64,000 nucleotides of DNA, from the sequence record NC_070957.1; one strand, given 5' to 3'. The number at the start of each line of letters is the position of its first letter. Positions within the stretch are counted from its first letter, which is position 1. This document shows positions 36,452 through 48,100 of this stretch, in pieces. The notes below the pieces were generated by a model, which did no database searches, was not told the origin of the DNA, and saw only the letters and a list, made by a program, of their open reading frames with translations. A program made the position numbers and the translations under genes.

Positions 36452-39400
36452 TTAACCTAATCCAACAGTGTTCGGTCGACCACCTTTACCTTGGCTGGCC
36501 ATCAGGTCATTCAACCTACCAAGCTGACTGATGATCCCACTCAACAATTGCTGAGCTCCTTCATCACTGACTGCTTGTGTTCCCGTGCCAGTCTGTTTGG
36601 GAGCTGGTTTGGGAGCCGGACCAACACTAGAAACAGTGGTAGGGCCTGCCGGTTGACTTACTGGTGCCGGAGCACTCGGTTTGGGAGTCGGAGCCTGAAC
36701 TGGTGCCGGACTCGGAACTGGGTTAGTAACAGCGGCGGTTGGTGCCGCACTAGGAGATACCGGCGGAGACGCTGTCGCAGCTTTCTGTTGATTAACGCTG
36801 CTCTTATCCAAGAGCTCATCGACTTCCTGCTTATGAGTCTTCTTGGTAGATGCGACTTTCTCTTCAGCGGCCTTGGGGACATTCTGATCGGCAGCGTTAG
36901 GAACATCCGCTATCTTATCTTCACCGCCAGAGGTTGGTGCAAAGTCGGAGGTCTTTGTCGGACCCGCTGCTTTGATTTGACCGTTCTGGAGTTTAGCAAG
37001 ATATTCGGTATATGCCTTACGACGTTCGTCAGTAAAGGGAACAGAGTTACCACCGTTGATGCCACGAACAGCACTATCGAAGTCACCAGTCGTCGCAATG
37101 GACTTGATCGCTTTATTACCCAGAAGGTAACGAACAGCGGAGTCTGCTACAACGTTAGGATCTTCGGATACCAGTCGTGGGTTACTTACGACGTCTATCC
37201 CTGTCTCACGCTTGTACTTTTCGTAGTTGGCTTTACCAGTGAGCTGGAACAAACCACGACCACGATACAACCAACCATCCTCAGGCTTCTCGTTACCGAG
37301 TGTGGGACCTTTGGGTGCTCTACCATACACATACATCGCACGTTGTTCTGGTGGCATTGCTGCTACCTTTTCCGCTGTAGCCATGTCTGGTATGTTCCTG
37401 AAATACTTCTTCAGGGTTGGTGCAGACCAGTTGGTGTTTTCTACCGTGGACTTGTAGTTACCCGTTTCAACCTTGGCAAGTGCCAGAGCGAGAGCAATCT
37501 GCTTGTTGTCTGTGATACCAGCACGGAGCAGACCTTGAAGGAGGAGTTGTTCACCCTGTTCCGGAGTCATGGAGAGACCTTGGTCATCACCTGCCTTCAG
37601 AGTGGGATCCATTTCCCAGCCTTCACTGAACCCACCACTATACTGACCACCGCTACCAGCACCTACTGTCCCTGGGGTAGTTCCCATTCCACCAGGAGGG
37701 AAGGCATTAGCAAAGCCATTGCTTGCGTAGTTGTTTCCACCGAAAGTCCCACCTTGCTTACCGGCTTGTTCCCTGCGTTTCATACGCATGGCAGTCAGTT
37801 CTGCAATACGGGCCTGTTCAGCTTGTTTCCTGGCTTCGGACTTATCTTGGAGTTGTTCACCGATTGCTTTAGAAGCAGCCTCCTCCATTACCGGGTCGCG
37901 CAACGCTGCTTTCATTGCATCGCTGTTAAGCGACTTAATGTAAGTATCAGCCCTATCGCTGTCGGTACCGGATTGAGCACCTTCGAACGGACTCGCTTTC
38001 ACGTTCCAGACAGAAGTCTCTTCACCATCGACCATTACCATGATCTCTGACAGCACTTTAGCTATTTCGGCTTTGTTGCTATTAGAGAGCTGACGCCAAC
38101 CTTGTTTCGGAGATGACCCACGTTGTTTGTAAACCAGTGCGTAATACTTCTGGAGTACAGGGAGGAAACGTGATTCGAACCAAGCCTTCCAGTTCGCCAT
38201 CATCAGTTCTGTTTTGATCCTGAACATCGGCTTGAAGAGAGCCAGTACAGACTCCAGTGGGATTTCGAGTTTCCCCAGCCCATTGGAAAGAACCATGTTC
38301 TCTTCGCAATAACGTTCAAGTTTCAGAACTGCATCTACACGCCAGTTGATATTGGCATCGTTACCGTACACGGCAAGACGAGCAAGCGTGAATGGTTCGA
38401 TTTCTGTGTCTCCATCTTTGTGGAGGTCAGATATGTCGATGTCCTTAATTTCCGCTGTGACAGCGAAGGTTTTGTCGATGTGTTCTTGTGATCTGATTAA
38501 CGACTCGTTGCCGAACTTATTCTGGAACCAAGCGACAACCTTATTGTCCGATACTTCCGGATTCAGGTTGGCTTGACGTTGCTCATCATAAGTCCTCAGC
38601 TTGAGACCGTCTGCCTTCTTCTCGGCTGGATAAGCTTTACGAAGTTCATTCATCAAATCAGCGACTTCGCCAGTAGTAGCAATTCTTGACATCGTCCCAG
38701 TATCTTGGTCAATCGGGACGTCGATAGTGTAAGGATTGGTCGACATGTGGCCAACGGCTTCCTGTACACGCTCTGCGACAAGAACTACTTCATGGGTCTG
38801 ACCGGCATCGTACTCTTGAAGATCGCCAAACCTTGCAGCGTTAGCCGCGGCAACGAAAGTCAAGAAGATGGGTTTGAACCGCGCTTGGAACCAAGTGTTG
38901 ATATTATCACGTGGAACCGGAGCCGAGTTCTCAACGAACTGTCTGAAGACTTCAGCGACCGCCTCAGGTTTACTGAAACCTGCTGACCCACTACCCACAT
39001 TAACATGCGGGAGCAACATCATCTCGAGACGTTGTACACGTTCTGCTAAATCACTCCGCCATTCACGAATGCCGTACATCGCGAAACGAAGACGTTTCTG
39101 AATGGAGTTGGCCAGCAGAGTTGTCCGGTAAGTGGTGCCGTTGTACTTGTACCCTTCCGAGTTAGCCATATGCTGTTCGGCGTCACGACGGTCTGTGAAG
39201 AACTGTCCATCATCGGTCCAGTACACACCAGTGTTCTTGATACCGTCAATCCAACTCTTGGGCATTACTGCTTCAAGAACCGTGGTCCCGATACCGATCT
39301 GAGGAATCCAGTTTGCAGCATCCTCTATCTGATCAGCAGTGGTCACTGGACGTTTCTGGTTGAACATGTTCTCTTCAGTAGGTGTGGAAGAACTGTCGTC

Positions 39401-42400
39401 ACCTGTCAACAGGTTGTATGCTAGAGCACTACCACCAAGGAGTGCGCCGAAACGACCCATCCCTTTATTGAGTTTACCCCCTCGCCCACCAGGACCACCC
39501 ATACCAAACAGTCCAGCGATACCACTACCGGCCATCTTGGCGATGGGACCTAACAGACCACCCAACATCTTTATACCTCCGCTAAGAAGTTTAAAGATGG
39601 GAGAACCGATACCCAACACACCAGAGAACAACGCACTTCCAATTGTCCCTAAACGTTTCACACTGGCAGCCATGGAACCGCCAACCATCCCGAGTAATGA
39701 ACCCAGTGGGTTCTTGAAGAATCCGCCGATGGAACCCATCATGTCGTAGAGCTTGCCAAAGAGACCAGGTTTCTTACCTTTCTCTTCACCTTCCCCTTTC
39801 TTCTTACTCTTACCGGTGAGTGTATCACCAATATCGATGATTGCTTTCTGGACTCGATCAGATTGCGATGCTGCGGCCTGACGCGCTTTATCCTCAAGGG
39901 AGTTCTTACGCATCGCCGGACCACCAGCGTCATCAAGTTCTTCGTCCTCAATCTCCATGCCAAACTTTTGGGAAAGGAGTTTGTAGATACGATCAAGACG
40001 ACGCTCAACCCCGTTCATGTTGGTACCGCGACCACGAACCGCAGAGACATGTGAGCTGGCTTGCTCGTTAGAACGCTCGAAACCAAGTTTACCCATCATG
40101 TTGGTAAAGAGTTGTTTACCCATACCGACAGCAGCACCAGCCATGTTAGAACCCATGGTTCCCACTTGTCTGATACGTTGACCTGTACGAGTTACCAAAC
40201 CTTCATCAAACTCGGCTTGGGAGATAAGTTCGTTACCTTCTTCATCGTAAACTGGACCAGAGATTTCGTTCCAACCCTTGACAGGTTTGAAAGTTCCGTT
40301 CTCATCTTTCCAGTACTCAACGTTCTTAAACCCTACTGCGCGGAGACGAGGGTTTTGGAGATCACCTTTCACAAAGACGTCTTGTTGATAGATGATTTCT
40401 TTACCCATGTCGATACCGGCGCGGAGCTTACCGATTGGGTTCACAAAGTTGTAGGCATTGACAATCATCCCCTTAGCGGTTTCGATCCCACGAAGCACTA
40501 CAGCGCGACCATCAGGACCGAAGATGCGACCACCCAGTTCACGAACTGTGATGATTGCTTTGGATACCACGTCAATGACAGGACCTTTAATTTCACGGTA
40601 CGTGTTAATAACACGCTTAGTGATCGCGTCAATGTACTCACCAGCTTTGAGCTTTGCTGACTTCAGAATGCTTTCACCGTTTTCATCTACGATGTCTTCA
40701 TCATCAGAAGGTTCGTTCGCACTGACTTTTTCTTTACGGTCCTTGTTACCCCAGTACTGAACGAGACCGCCCAGAGCCAGACCACCCACCGCCATAGATG
40801 CAGCGGCAATAGGGTTAGATGCAAAGTTGGAGGCAATGCCACCAAGTACGCCACCCAACACTATCGGAGAGTTCTTGACCAGTAAGTCCATACCGCGACC
40901 GAACATACCTTCCGGGAACAGACCTTTGATCTTACTCATCAGACCTTCTTTAGCTTGCTCTTCTTGGCGTTCCTCATTGGCGTTCTTTGGAGCACCTGAG
41001 AACAACTTGCCTTTATTAGCAAGATCCAGAAGTGAAGAAAGGATTGTTTCCATCCGCTGATTACTTTCTGCAATCTTGGATGTGTTGGAAACGATCTCTC
41101 CGGTCTGAGTGTCCATGTATGCCGTATCCGGCTTACCGGACTTGGAAGACATGTTGCTGCTAGCCAACACGTCCAGTTTCTCTGTCAGTGTGTTGAGAGA
41201 ACTGGAGAGACCAGCGAAGGAGGCACCTTCAGTACGCTTTCCATCATTGGTCGGAGCGGGGCGATCAGGAATGTGGAAACTGTTCCTGGTTTTCTTACCT
41301 TGAGTTTTGTCGCTGGGATTCATCCCTCTGAGCGCTGGGTTGTTAGGATCGTCCATGAACATGCCGATACGTTCGTGGAATACTTCCATATCAACCTTGT
41401 CGATACCGTTCTCTGTATAGATCACACCAAGGTCACGAAGCAACTGTTCATTACCAGTGGCCCTGAGCATGTCGATACGTTCAGCGATATTCGGAGCGAG
41501 GTCTTTCAGGTTGGTTGCAGCGGACCCTGCTTTATTGAGACGCTCTTGATACCTGGAGTTCCGCATCTCTGTCATCACTTGCATACGCTCGAAACCTGTG
41601 GTCTCGTTGAAGCGAGCAATGTCTTGATCACGCAACCCAAAGTGACGACGTACCACCGCATGGATCTCGTCGAGCATCGGGCCAGAGATACCAGGAATGT
41701 CCCCGATATAGTAGAACGGGTTAAAGTTCTTCTCTCGGTCAACGTCTCTTGCGATTACCTTAGCAAATGCTTTACGGGCTCCCTGGGACAACGTCTTCTT
41801 GGGATCCAGGTCATCAACGAACTCAAGAGCAGCAGTCGCATACCGATCGAATTCAGCGGCGGGCATCAGGTCGGCTTGAACAGCGATCTGTTTGTTGGTT
41901 TCGTTCTGGAACTGACCACGCATGTAGTTGTAAGTAACCAACTCGGCATTACTGTCACCAGTTCTGATCATCTCCAACAGTTGGTTGGTACGAGAAATCA
42001 AACCAGGTATTACTTCATTCAGTGTGACGTTGTTACCCTGAGTCCAGATACCAGCATCGACCAAATCACGTGGGTTACGTTTCTTGAGAGTGTACTGGGT
42101 ACCTTTAGCCTGGTTCATCTCAGACATAAACGAGTTCATTGCGGCTTTAGCGCGGTTACTCGCGGCGTTCTGAATTGTCCACCTGGCTTTACTCATGGGT
42201 TGTTTGTCGGGAGGAAGACTGGCAACGTAGTCTTCGTAATCAATGAACGGCATCTCGTCCATTGCTTGGTAGTCTTCAGCCATGAAGTTGATCAGGCCAA
42301 CTCCGGCGTTAGACATGTACGAAGCTTTCGAACCTGTGTTGGAGAGTCGCCCCCATTGACGTCGCAATGCCTTTGCTTCAGCTGGGTTTTTCTTGGCAAG

Positions 42401-43513
42401 GCTTTCCAACATTCTTTTACCAGGACCTCGGGCAAAGAAGTTGGGAAGGTTACGGACAGCAGCGCCTGCTAAACCTCGACCAGCCATGTCTCCTAACATC
42501 CCAGCAGATACTGGCATACCGTCAGACATCTCGAGCATGTCGGCGACCATTCCCAACACACTACTGGCGCTATCTGAAGCATCTTGCCTGGCTTCTTTAC
42601 CAAAACGATCCCTGATGAGACCAGTCAGGCCGCCAACACGACGCCCTACTGTACTAAACAGGGAATCCCGCATGTACTGTTTGGAAGCGGTGAAGTTCGA
42701 TGTCTTTTGGTAATCAGACATCATCGTCCCTTTCAGGATCTTCTTCAGTTCAGCAACCTGGGCGTGCATGCCCTTTTCCATGAACTTGTAGTACTTGACG
42801 TTAGCCACATAGCCTTTCGCCATCAAGTTCAATTTGGTCTGTTCGATTTTGAACTGTACGTTGCGCTGGTAATCGTTAAGATCACGAACACTGGTTTCGA
42901 TATTGACAAGTTGGCGGTTACCGGCCATGACGGCAGAACTGATTTGACCGCCAACGTTTGCAGACATTACGTTGAGGGAGTTCGTCATTTCTGAGAACAA
43001 CCCTTCTTGACGACTCATAACGCTGTCGAGTACCAAAGTCAAGTCATAATCAGACTCTTCTTCAATACCCTCCATGCTATTATAAGACCCATCACTCTTC
43101 TCCCAGTCAGAGAAATCTTTCTGGGAAAAGTCATCCATTTTGTTACGAAGGCCGCCAGGTAACTTCTCACCGAAACGGTTGGAAAGCTGGCCGGCAATGC
43201 TTTGTAATGATCTGACCGATTCGTAGTTTTGCTCTTTGAGCTCTGTCTTGAGTTCATCGTAGCGTTCGATGGCACGGTTGGTTCGGTCGAAAGCGTTACT
43301 GAAAGTGTTGGGCAAAATAGTGCGGAGTGATCTAGTGATCGCTGCACCTGACCCTACTGTTTCATTAACGAGTCCACCCAAGAACCCCGACGCCATACTT
43401 GACACGAATCCTTTACCTTTGAAAGGATCGATATCAAAATCTCCATCGAGATCGAAATCACCCGCAAACGGGTCATCCCAATCATCGAGACCGAGATCAT
43501 CTTCATATGACAT
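36452..43513 (-). CDS. Large tail protein (phiKZ gp181-like) with C-terminal GH19 lysozyme domain and Pro-rich tail
   Basis: 2353 aa; VETGNY...DGWLYRGRGLFQLTGKANY...SAVRY...INGG is the GH19 signature; divergent from vRNAP beta'. Confidence 0.85.
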   Translation of the reverse strand: MSYEDDLGLDDWDDPFAGDFDLDGDFDIDPFKGKGFVSSMASGFLGGLVNETVGSGAAITRSLRTILPNTFSNAFDRTNRAIERYDELKTELKEQNYESVRSLQSIAGQLSNRFGEKLPGGLRNKMDDFSQKDFSDWEKSDGSYNSMEGIEEESDYDLTLVLDSVMSRQEGLFSEMTNSLNVMSANVGGQISSAVMAGNRQLVNIETSVRDLNDYQRNVQFKIEQTKLNLMAKGYVANVKYYKFMEKGMHAQVAELKKILKGTMMSDYQKTSNFTASKQYMRDSLFSTVGRRVGGLTGLIRDRFGKEARQDASDSASSVLGMVADMLEMSDGMPVSAGMLGDMAGRGLAGAAVRNLPNFFARGPGKRMLESLAKKNPAEAKALRRQWGRLSNTGSKASYMSNAGVGLINFMAEDYQAMDEMPFIDYEDYVASLPPDKQPMSKARWTIQNAASNRAKAAMNSFMSEMNQAKGTQYTLKKRNPRDLVDAGIWTQGNNVTLNEVIPGLISRTNQLLEMIRTGDSNAELVTYNYMRGQFQNETNKQIAVQADLMPAAEFDRYATAALEFVDDLDPKKTLSQGARKAFAKVIARDVDREKNFNPFYYIGDIPGISGPMLDEIHAVVRRHFGLRDQDIARFNETTGFERMQVMTEMRNSRYQERLNKAGSAATNLKDLAPNIAERIDMLRATGNEQLLRDLGVIYTENGIDKVDMEVFHERIGMFMDDPNNPALRGMNPSDKTQGKKTRNSFHIPDRPAPTNDGKRTEGASFAGLSSSLNTLTEKLDVLASSNMSSKSGKPDTAYMDTQTGEIVSNTSKIAESNQRMETILSSLLDLANKGKLFSGAPKNANEERQEEQAKEGLMSKIKGLFPEGMFGRGMDLLVKNSPIVLGGVLGGIASNFASNPIAAASMAVGGLALGGLVQYWGNKDRKEKVSANEPSDDEDIVDENGESILKSAKLKAGEYIDAITKRVINTYREIKGPVIDVVSKAIITVRELGGRIFGPDGRAVVLRGIETAKGMIVNAYNFVNPIGKLRAGIDMGKEIIYQQDVFVKGDLQNPRLRAVGFKNVEYWKDENGTFKPVKGWNEISGPVYDEEGNELISQAEFDEGLVTRTGQRIRQVGTMGSNMAGAAVGMGKQLFTNMMGKLGFERSNEQASSHVSAVRGRGTNMNGVERRLDRIYKLLSQKFGMEIEDEELDDAGGPAMRKNSLEDKARQAAASQSDRVQKAIIDIGDTLTGKSKKKGEGEEKGKKPGLFGKLYDMMGSIGGFFKNPLGSLLGMVGGSMAASVKRLGTIGSALFSGVLGIGSPIFKLLSGGIKMLGGLLGPIAKMAGSGIAGLFGMGGPGGRGGKLNKGMGRFGALLGGSALAYNLLTGDDSSSTPTEENMFNQKRPVTTADQIEDAANWIPQIGIGTTVLEAVMPKSWIDGIKNTGVYWTDDGQFFTDRRDAEQHMANSEGYKYNGTTYRTTLLANSIQKRLRFAMYGIREWRSDLAERVQRLEMMLLPHVNVGSGSAGFSKPEAVAEVFRQFVENSAPVPRDNINTWFQARFKPIFLTFVAAANAARFGDLQEYDAGQTHEVVLVAERVQEAVGHMSTNPYTIDVPIDQDTGTMSRIATTGEVADLMNELRKAYPAEKKADGLKLRTYDEQRQANLNPEVSDNKVVAWFQNKFGNESLIRSQEHIDKTFAVTAEIKDIDISDLHKDGDTEIEPFTLARLAVYGNDANINWRVDAVLKLERYCEENMVLSNGLGKLEIPLESVLALFKPMFRIKTELMMANWKAWFESRFLPVLQKYYALVYKQRGSSPKQGWRQLSNSNKAEIAKVLSEIMVMVDGEETSVWNVKASPFEGAQSGTDSDRADTYIKSLNSDAMKAALRDPVMEEAASKAIGEQLQDKSEARKQAEQARIAELTAMRMKRREQAGKQGGTFGGNNYASNGFANAFPPGGMGTTPGTVGAGSGGQYSGGFSEGWEMDPTLKAGDDQGLSMTPEQGEQLLLQGLLRAGITDNKQIALALALAKVETGNYKSTVENTNWSAPTLKKYFRNIPDMATAEKVAAMPPEQRAMYVYGRAPKGPTLGNEKPEDGWLYRGRGLFQLTGKANYEKYKRETGIDVVSNPRLVSEDPNVVADSAVRYLLGNKAIKSIATTGDFDSAVRGINGGNSVPFTDERRKAYTEYLAKLQNGQIKAAGPTKTSDFAPTSGGEDKIADVPNAADQNVPKAAEEKVASTKKTHKQEVDELLDKSSVNQQKAATASPPVSPSAAPTAAVTNPVPSPAPVQAPTPKPSAPAPVSQPAGPTTVSSVGPAPKPAPKQTGTGTQAVSDEGAQQLLSGIISQLGRLNDLMASQGKGGRPNTVGLG

Positions 43514-43539
43514 TTTAATACCCCTAAGGAAAAGTTTTA

Positions 43540-45159
43540 ATGAGTCGACAACCCACTAACTTTACGTTGCTTAATCCGAGGACCTTCCCTTGGCAAGCAA
43601 TGGAACCGGTTACGACAGGCGACACTTTTGAGGGACAGACTACGAACCTTCACGAAGAAGGCTTGTACTCAACTCGCATCTTCGGACGTGTCGGTACTGA
43701 TGACCGTGATAACACTGAATCCTACATCAACACCATCCTCCCCATTTTCAACCCCACCTTCTTTAAAGCACTGATTCAACTCAAGGCTTTGTATGGTGAG
43801 ATCTTCAAAGGCAAGGTATATGCCAAGTGGGATCCCGAGGAAAAGGATTTCATAAAATCCAACGTCCTTGAAGGTGATACTGGTTATGCCTTCTTTATGT
43901 CTCACTATGGTGAGTTAAGTCCGGCTAGTAACGCCTCTTTCAAGCGGACACAGAAAATCCAAATGCTGGAACGGCATCGCGACATTGCACTTCATAGTCG
44001 CATTCCTGTTATTCCAGCCGGGCTCCGTGATGTAGAGATCTCTCCTATCAACGGGCAAGTTACAGAGAACGAGATCAACGATCTTTATCGTAAACTCTTG
44101 TTCCGTAGCAAATCACTGAACATCAAGAACCCTGATGAAACAGATCCTGTCTACGATAACATCCGTTGGGGACTCCAAGAGTCTCTTAACAATATCGATC
44201 AGTATTTGTTCGACCTTCAGGAAGGTAAACGTGGCTACATGCAACGTCGCATGTCTCGTCGTGCTGTACATTCTGCAACACGTAACGTCATTACCTCTCG
44301 TAAGGTTTCCGTTGAGGACATGGATAACAACCATACCGGTGATCCTAACTCCACTATCATCGGGATGTATCAAGCCCTGCTTGGTTACTCGCTTACCTGT
44401 CAACACGAGCTGTTGAACGGTTATCTCTCTGAGTGCTTCACTCCAGGGATGCCCACTGCTCGACTCATCGACACTAAGACACTCGAAAGCATTTATATCG
44501 ATGTTGACCCGAGTGTTGTGGATCGGTTCACTTCTGCTGACGGGATTGTTGGTCTGATCAACAAGTTCTCTGATCCGGAACTCCGTAACCGACCGATTAA
44601 GATCGAAGGGAAGTACCTGGCCCTGGTATATGATGACGGTAAGCGTGTTTGCTTACTCCATGATGTTAACGATCTTCCTGAGTCCATGCCCAAGAAGTTC
44701 GTCCGTCCGGTAACTTATATTCAGTTCTTCTACATGCAGTGTGTAAAAGCAATTGAACGTAAAATGTTACAAGTTACTCGGTACCCAATTACAGGGATAG
44801 GCTCCATCTTCCCGAGTCGTGTTTTCGTCCTTCCTACCAACGCTACTTCTGAAGAGCGTCAATTGGTAGACTTGGATGGAACCGTCATCGGTGGATATCA
44901 TTTCTTCCCGTATTGGACAGAACAGCCCAGTTACTTTGATGGGATGTCCATCAGCAACATACGACTTGGTCTGGCCGGTGGTGACTTTGACGGTGACCAA
45001 CTTTCGGCTAACTCCATTCAGGCTGCTGACTCCATCAAGGAAATCGAAGATATGTTTGATAAACGTATTTTCTATATTTCCGGTGCTGGTGAGTTCCTTT
45101 ACGACCCGGTTCAAGAACCGCACGAGTTTCTCCTTCGTGCATTAACTAATGGACTCTAA
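43540..45159 (+). CDS. Virion RNA polymerase beta' subunit, N-terminal part (phiKZ gp180-like)
   Basis: GLYSTRIFG, PVIPAGLRD, RYP, catalytic GGDFDGD. Confidence 0.9.
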   Translation: MSRQPTNFTLLNPRTFPWQAMEPVTTGDTFEGQTTNLHEEGLYSTRIFGRVGTDDRDNTESYINTILPIFNPTFFKALIQLKALYGEIFKGKVYAKWDPEEKDFIKSNVLEGDTGYAFFMSHYGELSPASNASFKRTQKIQMLERHRDIALHSRIPVIPAGLRDVEISPINGQVTENEINDLYRKLLFRSKSLNIKNPDETDPVYDNIRWGLQESLNNIDQYLFDLQEGKRGYMQRRMSRRAVHSATRNVITSRKVSVEDMDNNHTGDPNSTIIGMYQALLGYSLTCQHELLNGYLSECFTPGMPTARLIDTKTLESIYIDVDPSVVDRFTSADGIVGLINKFSDPELRNRPIKIEGKYLALVYDDGKRVCLLHDVNDLPESMPKKFVRPVTYIQFFYMQCVKAIERKMLQVTRYPITGIGSIFPSRVFVLPTNATSEERQLVDLDGTVIGGYHFFPYWTEQPSYFDGMSISNIRLGLAGGDFDGDQLSANSIQAADSIKEIEDMFDKRIFYISGAGEFLYDPVQEPHEFLLRALTNGL

Positions 45160-45161
45160 CA

Positions 45162-48100
45162 ATGACAGAAACCCAACTCGCGTTACTCGGTCTTGCCGGT
45201 AACGAGGCGATTGAGTACAACCAGTTTGTTAAACTCTTCGCCACGAGAGAACGGGCCAGTGATGTCGTCAATCCCCGATACCAGTCTATCGGGGATGTGA
45301 TGCTTCCACGAAGCTCTGTGTTCCATTATCAGCCTAAAGGGTTGAAAGAGATGGGACCGAGCAATACCGCTCCGTTCATCTCTAACTATGATCGTCAGAT
45401 CAACATGTTCTTTAACCCCAACTACGTTCATGACCGTGGTGCCATCAAAATGGTTCCGCTTCAGATGAGCAAGTTGGAGAAAAGCTATTTGGCTGGTCAC
45501 TACAACTATCGTCGCACCCGTCAGATCTCTGCGGTTGCCAGCAAGCCTGGCGAACTGCTCATTGATAACATGGCACCTGGTCGACTCCCGGTTGTTTACC
45601 GCCGCATCACCATTCAAACTGGTTTCGACCAGGCTTACAACGAACTTGCCACGTTGATGGCTAACGTTGGTCAGTTCAGTAGCTACAATCTGAACCAATT
45701 TGCCGAGTTCCCACTTCCCCGTGCTTTCCCCAGTTACAAGTTGCTGGAGTTCAAGTTCGAGAAGTACATGAAACACTTCTTTAAGCGTTCCAAGGATGGC
45801 GAGAGTCTCGTTATGGAAGGCTGGGATAAAGAAACTCTGAAAGAGTTCCAAGCGGAATCTTCTTTCTGGCTTCTTGATCTTTATGGAATGATCATGGGTC
45901 ATGGTTATGAACAGTACTCACTGTTCAACCGTCTGAACGAGAAAGCTCGTTCTCAGTTCAACATGATTTTCACTTACAACGGTCGTTGCTGGATTGTTAA
46001 TCTTCAGACCCTGATCAACCTGATCGGTTATGATGATAAACCGAGTGATAAGAAACCGTCCGCGATCAAGATTGCGTACTTCAAGCGTTTCTACCTGTCA
46101 CTGATTTCTCTGGTAACACCGATTACTCAAGAGACACCAGAGGTCAGTAACGATGAGCACGTTGTGGAAGAAGATGCTGAAAGCGAACCAGCGTCTGTCG
46201 GAGATCAAGGGAAGAACACCAATGTGGACAATCGTTCTGGTGGGGGTTCTCTTGACGACCTTTATAAGAAGCCTGTGGACGCTAAGTCTGTGGGTAAAGG
46301 ACAGCCAGGCGATGTCGAACCAACTCCAGTTGGAAGTCAGGACGGAGGCAATAACAAGGAGTCGGAAGGGGCCGGATCAAACAGCGATGGAGCTGGAGAT
46401 GCGACTGACGGAACAGAGTGGGGGACTGACATCCCAGATGAAGTATTCGAACGAGCTACTGTTGAACAAGCAGAAGTAGTTGCCGCTGACTCCAGCTATG
46501 GACCAACAGTTACTGCTGACCGCATTCTTCAACGTCTTGCACGTCAGGGTCAGCTGACCACTAAAGAACTCAAGTACTACACCGACATCTCTCGTAGTTA
46601 TAAAGACATCGAGTTCGGTGGTCGTACCTTGGAAGAGATCGTTGACATCAAGTATAGCGATCTCGAGTTGAAGCCTGAGAAGATTGGTACCGACTCTGTA
46701 TTGGTTGCCGATAAATCTGTTCAGCAATCCAGGACTCAACAGTTTGTTAATGGCTACACCAAGGAATATCTGGAACGTGACATTATCAACATGATCCTGG
46801 GTGTTCAGAACGGTGGTACCGCACTGGTTGATTTCGATCGTGAAACAACTATCACCGCCGAATCCAAGTACGACGTGTACAAGCTTCGTCTCCAACCCGT
46901 TGAAGGTGGTGCGCTGACCACTCGGCCATTCCGTATTCCCAAGGTTGATGATGACGGCACTCTGTTCATGGGTGGGGTAAAGATCTATTGCCAGAATCTC
47001 CGTGTAGATATTCCGGTAAGAAAGATTTCTCCGACCAAGGTCAGTCTCTCTTCTTATTACGATAAGAAGATCATGATCGAACGCAGTCCGTACAAGGTCA
47101 ATGACTTTGCTGCGTGGTTGAAGGCCGCTATCCTGAACAAGAGTCGTGTGAATAAATCCCTCGTCGTCACTCTGGGTGGTCAGAAAGCAGATCAGAAAGA
47201 AGTGTGTTGGTACTACTCTGTACTCGCCAGCCGGTTCAAGGAAATTCAGTTCGGAAACTACCATTTCAAGTTTGACACCAAATCTTTGATTGGTGATAAC
47301 AAGGCGTGGGGGGAACTCTGTAACGCTGAAACCTGGGTGATCGGGGTAGAAGGTGATAAACCTGTTCTGATCGACAGCTCTGGTTTGATTTCTGTGGAAG
47401 GTGAAGAGCGTGGGTACATTGAAGAAATCCTCGGTCTGGAAATCTTCAAAGCGCCGATACCGAACTGCACTGTAAACATCAACGGGTTCATGTTCCCGAT
47501 CATCGCAGTGCTTTCGTATTGGGTTGGGTTCTCAGAGGTGATGAAACGCCTCAAACCTGTTTACCGGAGTATCGAACCTGGTGTTCGTCCTCAGCTTAGT
47601 GCTGATGAATACATGGTACAACTCGCCGATGAACGACTCGTGTTCAACCGTCGTGATGAGTTCGCCACGCTGATCTTCTCCGGTCTCGAAAACATGCCGG
47701 GTACCAAGAACTTCGCTCGTTCACAACTTGACGATCCGAACGTGTGGTTCTCCATCATCAGTAACGACAAAGTTAAACCTTCTCACTTTAGCGAAATGGG
47801 TTTGATCTACGATATGTTTATCGACCCCATCACAGCTCGTGAGTTGGAACGTCGCAAATATCCGCTGGTGATGGACCAGTTGCTGATGGCAGCGGCTAAA
47901 CTGTTGTTGAGTAACGAAGCTTCTCACGAAGTAGAAATCACCGAACAGCGGTTTGTCGGTACTGAACGTATTCCAGGTCATGTTTACCGGGAGTTCGTGA
48001 AGTCTACCCGACAGATGCGTAACAAGCCAGGTAAGAAGAAGACATTCGATCTGAACCCCGAAACAATCATGATGAACATTTTGACTGACTCCTCGTTCCA

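Noticed and set aside
36560-36800. Pro/Ala-rich stretch as a DNA tandem repeat
   Set aside because: Low complexity at protein level only; no exact nucleotide periodicity
36491-38050. 519-aa + strand ORF opposite the gp181-like gene
   Set aside because: Antisense shadow of a strongly codon-biased gene; no RBS, implausible composition, no motifs
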